Below the pieces are notes generated by a model. It was not told where the DNA came from. It did no database searches and saw only the letters and a list, made by a program, of their open reading frames with translations. DNA of 64,000 nucleotides from Acinetobacter phage nACB1. The translations under genes and the position numbers were made by a program. The stretch lies in the sequence record OQ032511.1, one strand, 5' to 3'. Position 1 is the stretch's first letter; every line of letters starts with the position of its first letter. This document shows positions 59,436-64,000 of the stretch, piece by piece.

Positions 59436-60671
59436 TTAGAATGCCATTGAATACTTAGGATACATTACAGGCGTAAGAATGAATACATAGCTAACGCTGT
59501 TTTCATCACGCTCATCTGCGTCATCTTCATAACCAGTAATGGTTAATACACCTGTTGCAGGGTCTTGTACCATAGTACAGTTACGACTATAAATATAGTC
59601 ATCCCAATAAGGCATGAAGGTTAGTGTCTTCTTGTCTTTCAACATTGCACCGTGTTTTAAATCGTGACCTTTGTCTTTGTCAGTTACAGGATTGTATTCA
59701 CGGTTTTCTGTTTCATTCCACACAATGCTGCGAGTACCCATAGGGTTAATGCATTCTTCACGGCTAGGGTCTTGTAGACCTTTAAGCAATACTTTGAATG
59801 CTGCACTGCTGAGACCAGTTGTGATCTTAGAAACATCAACACCATTACGGAGTACTTTGTAATCAAAGAAGATGTCATCAAGAGTGATGTCTGGTTTAGT
59901 GTTTAAGTACACTGCAATGTCTTCTAACGCTACGTCAGGACATGCATTTACTTCACGTACTAATGTACCAAGCATATCCATGTTGAATTGAGTGAAGCGT
60001 TTAACGAAAGTCATTAACTCACCTAACTTAGATTTATCAGCTAACTGATCTTCTAAGTAAGCTTGAATAGCTTCGTAATCAACACCTTTGAATGAGATGT
60101 TGAAGAATACACGACCTGGGCGGTTATGGAAGAACTCAAAGCCTTTTGAACCTGATGATGCATTCATTGTTAATACAAACAATGTATGCGAAGCCATAGT
60201 ACCATCTAACAAAGTTAAGATGTTATTACGCGCATCAGTGTCTTTATAGACTTTATCGAACTCGTCCATAAGGACAATTTTCTTTTGAGTAATCTGTTGA
60301 AGGAACTCAAAGAAGTCATCACCTGTGTACGGCACATTACAAAGTAATACGATACCGTCATGCTGTTCAACAAAACGCTTGGCAAGCGTCTTCATCAATA
60401 ATGATTTACCTGAGCCTTTTAAGCCTTCAAGTAATACTGTTGTTGGTACACCTTTACGCTCTTCCCATACTTCCTCAATACGAGGAATATGTTTAAGCAA
60501 GCTGCCATAGATTTTGTCAGCTACTTGTAAAGGTTCAATAGGTACTAAGTGAAAGCCTATACCTGGAGCACATGCAATACGGTAATAACCTGCAGGCACT
60601 TTATCAATTGTGATACCAGAGAAATCAGGAGCAATAGTTACCATGCCAGGCTGTTTAATAAATTGAGTCAT
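59436..60671 (-). CDS. AAA-type ATPase (replication-associated)
   Basis: Walker A GLKGSGKS. Walker B IVLMDEFDK. 411 aa. Confidence 0.55.
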   Translation of the reverse strand: MTQFIKQPGMVTIAPDFSGITIDKVPAGYYRIACAPGIGFHLVPIEPLQVADKIYGSLLKHIPRIEEVWEERKGVPTTVLLEGLKGSGKSLLMKTLAKRFVEQHDGIVLLCNVPYTGDDFFEFLQQITQKKIVLMDEFDKVYKDTDARNNILTLLDGTMASHTLFVLTMNASSGSKGFEFFHNRPGRVFFNISFKGVDYEAIQAYLEDQLADKSKLGELMTFVKRFTQFNMDMLGTLVREVNACPDVALEDIAVYLNTKPDITLDDIFFDYKVLRNGVDVSKITTGLSSAAFKVLLKGLQDPSREECINPMGTRSIVWNETENREYNPVTDKDKGHDLKHGAMLKDKKTLTFMPYWDDYIYSRNCTMVQDPATGVLTITGYEDDADERDENSVSYVFILTPVMYPKYSMAF

Positions 60672-60708
60672 TGTCTATTCCAAAATTAAAGATGACAACT
60701 AGAATTAA

Positions 60709-61923
60709 CTAGTTGTCGAAATGAATTGCTGTACCAAATGTAGGTACAAATCGTGGGTTGTTGTAGATACACCAGACCACAGGTTTCTTAGGGTCTAGCT
60801 CTGCACTGTGATGTAAATAACCATCTGTTAAGATGATTAAAGCTTTACCTTCACTTTCCTTGAATGCTTCAAGTACTGGTTCAATTTGAGTACCTCCTCC
60901 GCCTTTAAACTCTAACTTCATGAAGTCCTGAGCATTAACGACTTTATCGTTAGATTGGAGAATACTGTCAAATTGCATGATGCCAATCTCTTTAGGGTTA
61001 AAGCGTTTAAACACATAACCTATTTCAGAGATAAAGCGGTTGAAGTCATCCTTAGAGACTGAGCCTGATGTATCAATAGCAAAGTCAATTTTACCAATAC
61101 CTTCACTGTGAAGTGATGGCATGATGATGCCCTGACTGATAAAGCGTCTATTAGGCTTACGCCAAGAATAGTCATCTTTACTTAGCGTAAATAAGAATTT
61201 AGCTAAAATTTTATCCCAAGGTAACTTAGGATATAGGAGGTCATCTAACTCACGTTGTAATGAGCCTGGAACTGTACCTGCTTTATCACCTGCCATTTGA
61301 CTGGCTTGTGTTGCTTGCGTAAGTAAGTTCTTATTATGTTCTTCAATTTCTTCAGCTGTAGGCTGTCCCATTGAAGGAGTTTGGTTTCCTGCACCTCCAT
61401 TTTGAGGTGATTGATTTCCTGCACCTGATGCTTGAGGTTCTTTCAAATCAGGCCACGGAGATGGTGCATTGGAGCCGCCTTTGTTCTTACGTTCCATAAG
61501 AAGATCATAAACATCATCTGCTGACATATTACGATAGGTCGAATCATGTAGACCATCTTTAGGCATCTTGAAATTACGTTGAATCAATTCATCATTGATA
61601 ACGTAGTCACAAGCTTCATTCCATGTAGTTGCATCACGGAAACCACGACGAGTACAGTGGTTGTATACGTTGTGCATGATCTCATGCAAGATGAGGAACA
61701 GACGCTCTTCTGGGTCTAATGACAAGAAGAAGTCTGGGTTCATGTACAAGTTAATACCATTGGTTGCAGCAGTTGGTATCTCATCTGCTGATACCCAAAA
61801 GACAGGTGTTTGCAAGATCAACGTAGCGAAGAAAGCTACATCCTTTTTAAGCATGAGTTTGATCTTCGCACGTGACAATGCTTCTGGAGCAGGGTCTAAT
61901 GGGCCTAGTTTAAGTAGTGCCAT
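60709..61923 (-). CDS. VWA-domain protein with N-terminal HExxH metallopeptidase-like domain
   Basis: HEIMHNVYNH (HExxH). C-terminal MIDAS-like DTSGSVS in a VWA fold. Partner of the MoxR ATPase encoded two genes upstream. Confidence 0.6.
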   Translation of the reverse strand: MALLKLGPLDPAPEALSRAKIKLMLKKDVAFFATLILQTPVFWVSADEIPTAATNGINLYMNPDFFLSLDPEERLFLILHEIMHNVYNHCTRRGFRDATTWNEACDYVINDELIQRNFKMPKDGLHDSTYRNMSADDVYDLLMERKNKGGSNAPSPWPDLKEPQASGAGNQSPQNGGAGNQTPSMGQPTAEEIEEHNKNLLTQATQASQMAGDKAGTVPGSLQRELDDLLYPKLPWDKILAKFLFTLSKDDYSWRKPNRRFISQGIIMPSLHSEGIGKIDFAIDTSGSVSKDDFNRFISEIGYVFKRFNPKEIGIMQFDSILQSNDKVVNAQDFMKLEFKGGGGTQIEPVLEAFKESEGKALIILTDGYLHHSAELDPKKPVVWCIYNNPRFVPTFGTAIHFDN

Positions 61924-62323
61924 CGGGTTTAATTCCTATTGTAAATAGTAGTTCATTGATTGAAGATTCTGTCTCAAGCTCAAGACGTAACTTCTTAGTC
62001 ATTCGTGGTAGTGACTTTCTCCGTCCTGTTGAGTTAAACCAAACAAGATTGTTTTTACTCTCTTTAGTGGGAAAATTGTAGGCAAAGTATGATATATCCT
62101 CTGTTACTGCAAATTCCCAACCAAATGCTATACCTTTGTTTGCGAGATCACTCAAAAAGTCTGGATAGACATCTGAATCCCATAGAGCATATTCAGGCCA
62201 TCCCCATGAATGATCAGGAAGTGTATCGTCAAATAAAGTAAATGGTTTTACACGATTAGCATTCATAGGAGTGACTAAGTAACCTGAATTAACCAATTGA
62301 ACATGCGGTAGAATATCTTTCAT
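61910..62323 (-). CDS. hypothetical protein (137 aa)
   Basis: ORF between the VWA and MoxR genes. Confidence 0.5.
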   Translation of the reverse strand: MKDILPHVQLVNSGYLVTPMNANRVKPFTLFDDTLPDHSWGWPEYALWDSDVYPDFLSDLANKGIAFGWEFAVTEDISYFAYNFPTKESKNNLVWFNSTGRRKSLPRMTKKLRLELETESSINELLFTIGIKPDGTT

Positions 62324-62337
62324 AACATTCCTACAAT

Positions 62338-62370
62338 AAATAGGGACTCATCTGAGTCCCTTATTGTTTA
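62338..62370. terminator. Bidirectional hairpin terminator or attenuator
   Basis: agggactca-tc-tgagtccct with a T-rich tract on both sides. Confidence 0.45.
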
Positions 62371-63492
62371 TGCCTTAGTCATCTCAGGTGCATTGCTTTG
62401 CAACCATTGACGCAATGATGGATGTACTACTAACGTTGGTTTACGTTTAGTGAAATCCGTAAAGGTACGTAGTTGGTACTCTTTAGACATACGCTCCATG
62501 AATGGAACTACTTTGTCTAACGTGCTTGCATCTACTTGAGCTGCAATAGAACCTGATAATGCAAACATAGCTGAGATGTTCTCAGATGGAATCTTCGCAT
62601 TAAGAGGGTCTGCACATACTTCTGCAAATGTGGTTAAACCAACGAAGTGCTTAGTAAAGTTCATGTACTCTACTGCAGCTCCTTCACCGATAACACCTGA
62701 CAGTAATGACTGAAGTGATGGATCATTCATACCAACCTGTTCTACAACACGGTTAGCCATTTCCCAAGTACGAGGGCATGGGAATGTTTCTGTCTCAACT
62801 TTTGGATTGAATTGATACAATAAGTTTGGACGAAACTTAATGAATGAAGTGATTGAGTGATGAATGCCTGCGCCTAAAGCCCAGTTCATCCAATCTTCAA
62901 TATTCAATTCAAGATTCATATGAGCTAAACGAGATTTCAATGCTGTAGACATTTCACCTGTTACTGCTGCACCATCATCAATTTTGTTACCTGCAGATAC
63001 GATACGTACTGCTTTATGTAGCGGGTGCATACCCACTTCACGATCAAGAATGATCTTATATGCTGCTGCTTGAACAGACATAGGAGCATTTGTGATTTCA
63101 TCAAGGAATAGTAACCAACCATCATAATGAGGAGTTACATATAACAGATTTCCATTAGTATCTGTTTCTTGATTACCTAATGCATCCAACTTAGGTAACT
63201 TGATTGGTTTACCTTCAGCATCTAAATGTGGAGGTAATGCATCACCTTGAATTGGAAATGCAATGTTAGGTAAGAAGTCACTACGACCATTCTCAATAAA
63301 TGGCATTCCAGATAAATCTGTTGGGTCTGCAGTAGATAGGCGAAAGTCGATAACCTTAAGGTTAAGCTCTTTAGCTACCTGTTTAATTACATCAGACTTA
63401 CCTAGACCTGGAGAACCAATAAGGTTACAAGGTACATTGGCTGCAATAAAAGTCTTGATGAATGTTGCTGCTTTGCTGATTGAAATATTCAT
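62368..63492 (-). CDS. MoxR-like AAA+ ATPase
   Basis: Walker A LIGSPGLGKSDVIKQV. Walker B LLFLDEITNA. Size and motifs as in the CbbQ/NorQ/MoxR subfamily. Confidence 0.65.
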   Translation of the reverse strand: MNISISKAATFIKTFIAANVPCNLIGSPGLGKSDVIKQVAKELNLKVIDFRLSTADPTDLSGMPFIENGRSDFLPNIAFPIQGDALPPHLDAEGKPIKLPKLDALGNQETDTNGNLLYVTPHYDGWLLFLDEITNAPMSVQAAAYKIILDREVGMHPLHKAVRIVSAGNKIDDGAAVTGEMSTALKSRLAHMNLELNIEDWMNWALGAGIHHSITSFIKFRPNLLYQFNPKVETETFPCPRTWEMANRVVEQVGMNDPSLQSLLSGVIGEGAAVEYMNFTKHFVGLTTFAEVCADPLNAKIPSENISAMFALSGSIAAQVDASTLDKVVPFMERMSKEYQLRTFTDFTKRKPTLVVHPSLRQWLQSNAPEMTKA

Positions 63493-63692
63493 TTCTGTTC
63501 TTCCTGAAGCTCACGAATTAGTGTGTTGTGATAACTCATGATTAAGCTTTTTAAGTCATTGGTTTCAGTGATTGGGAGTTGGGAATTAATAAATTCCCAT
63601 GCGTCATCTAAACTGTCATGTGCAGGGTAGATGTGAACATATTCAGGTTTAATTTTATTTGACACTTTTCGCCTGTCTTGCCTTAACAACAA
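63489..63692 (-). CDS. hypothetical protein (67 aa)
   Basis: ORF overlapping neighbours. Start uncertain. Confidence 0.4.
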   Translation of the reverse strand: MLLRQDRRKVSNKIKPEYVHIYPAHDSLDDAWEFINSQLPITETNDLKSLIMSYHNTLIRELQEEQK

Positions 63693-63942
63693 ATGCTGAA
63701 AGTTTCTTAATGTCGTTAAGACCTTGTGACTTCAAGAAATCAAGGATTGCTGTATCAGCTTGGGTTTTATAACCTGCTAGTTCAACAAGACCGTGTTCTG
63801 CTAATGCACGACGTACAGTAACAGGAGCGACATTAAAGCGATAAGCTAATTCTGTCTGTGTTGCGCGTTCACCCTTAGGACGCTGCCATTCAGCAACAAC
63901 AACGTTAGTTTCTGCAGGTGATAATGTGTTCTTGGTTTTCAT
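63655..63942 (-). CDS. small helix-turn-helix DNA-binding protein
   Basis: TQTELAYRFNVAPVTVRRALAEHGL is an HTH-like segment. 95 aa. Confidence 0.45.
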   Translation of the reverse strand: MKTKNTLSPAETNVVVAEWQRPKGERATQTELAYRFNVAPVTVRRALAEHGLVELAGYKTQADTAILDFLKSQGLNDIKKLSAFVVKARQAKSVK

Positions 63943-64000
63943 GGTTTAATCCTATGAATGTAAATGAGAGTTAAAGCAACTTGAGTTGAACTACCTTGAA

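Noticed and set aside
1-64000. CRISPR arrays and integrase or attachment sites
   Set aside because: No regularly spaced identical direct repeats of 25-40 bp with unique spacers were seen. No tyrosine or serine recombinase-like ORF. The content is consistent with a strictly lytic phage.

Overview
This 64-kb window is phage DNA of the N4-like podovirus type (Schitoviridae-like), about 38-40% GC. The hallmark is a 3332-aa virion-encapsidated RNA polymerase gene at 16716..26714, whose product carries T7-like motifs A, B and C. The genes fall into four blocks that alternate in strand. The + block 1113..26714 holds the late structural genes. They are putative small and large terminase, portal, scaffold-like protein, major capsid protein, several inner virion proteins including a protein with a lytic transglycosylase (SLT) domain, and the vRNAP. 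The - block 26766..39617 holds nucleotide metabolism and recombination genes. They include an RNA-binding-free set of class I RNR NrdA and NrdB, ThyX, an AEP-type primase-like protein, a Cas4-like nuclease, an ATPase, an SSB-like protein, a RuvC-like resolvase and two free-standing HNH endonuclease genes. The + block 39712..50570 holds a giant repeat-rich tail fiber of about 2560 aa, two small paralogous fiber-associated proteins, an endolysin of the N-acetylmuramidase family, overlapped i- and o-spanins and a short fiber-like protein. The - block 50659..63942 holds early and replication genes. They include Nudix, a dNMP-kinase-like protein, a family A DNA polymerase, a Dda-like helicase, an AAA ATPase and a VWA/MoxR ATPase pair. 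Rho-independent terminators, many of them bidirectional, sit at every point where blocks converge and between genes within blocks.
Three observations deserve most attention. First, the DNA polymerase gene is interrupted inside motif B by an insert of about 843 nt. The insert carries an HNH homing-endonuclease ORF and flanks with GNRA-tetraloop hairpins and a group I S-element-like sequence, so it is a candidate group I intron. Second, an exact 55-bp tandem duplication (39927..39981 and 39982..40036) frameshifts the giant tail fiber gene into two ORFs. Third, a domain of about 100-130 aa occurs in three copies across the two genes downstream of the fiber. No tRNA or CRISPR array was seen.
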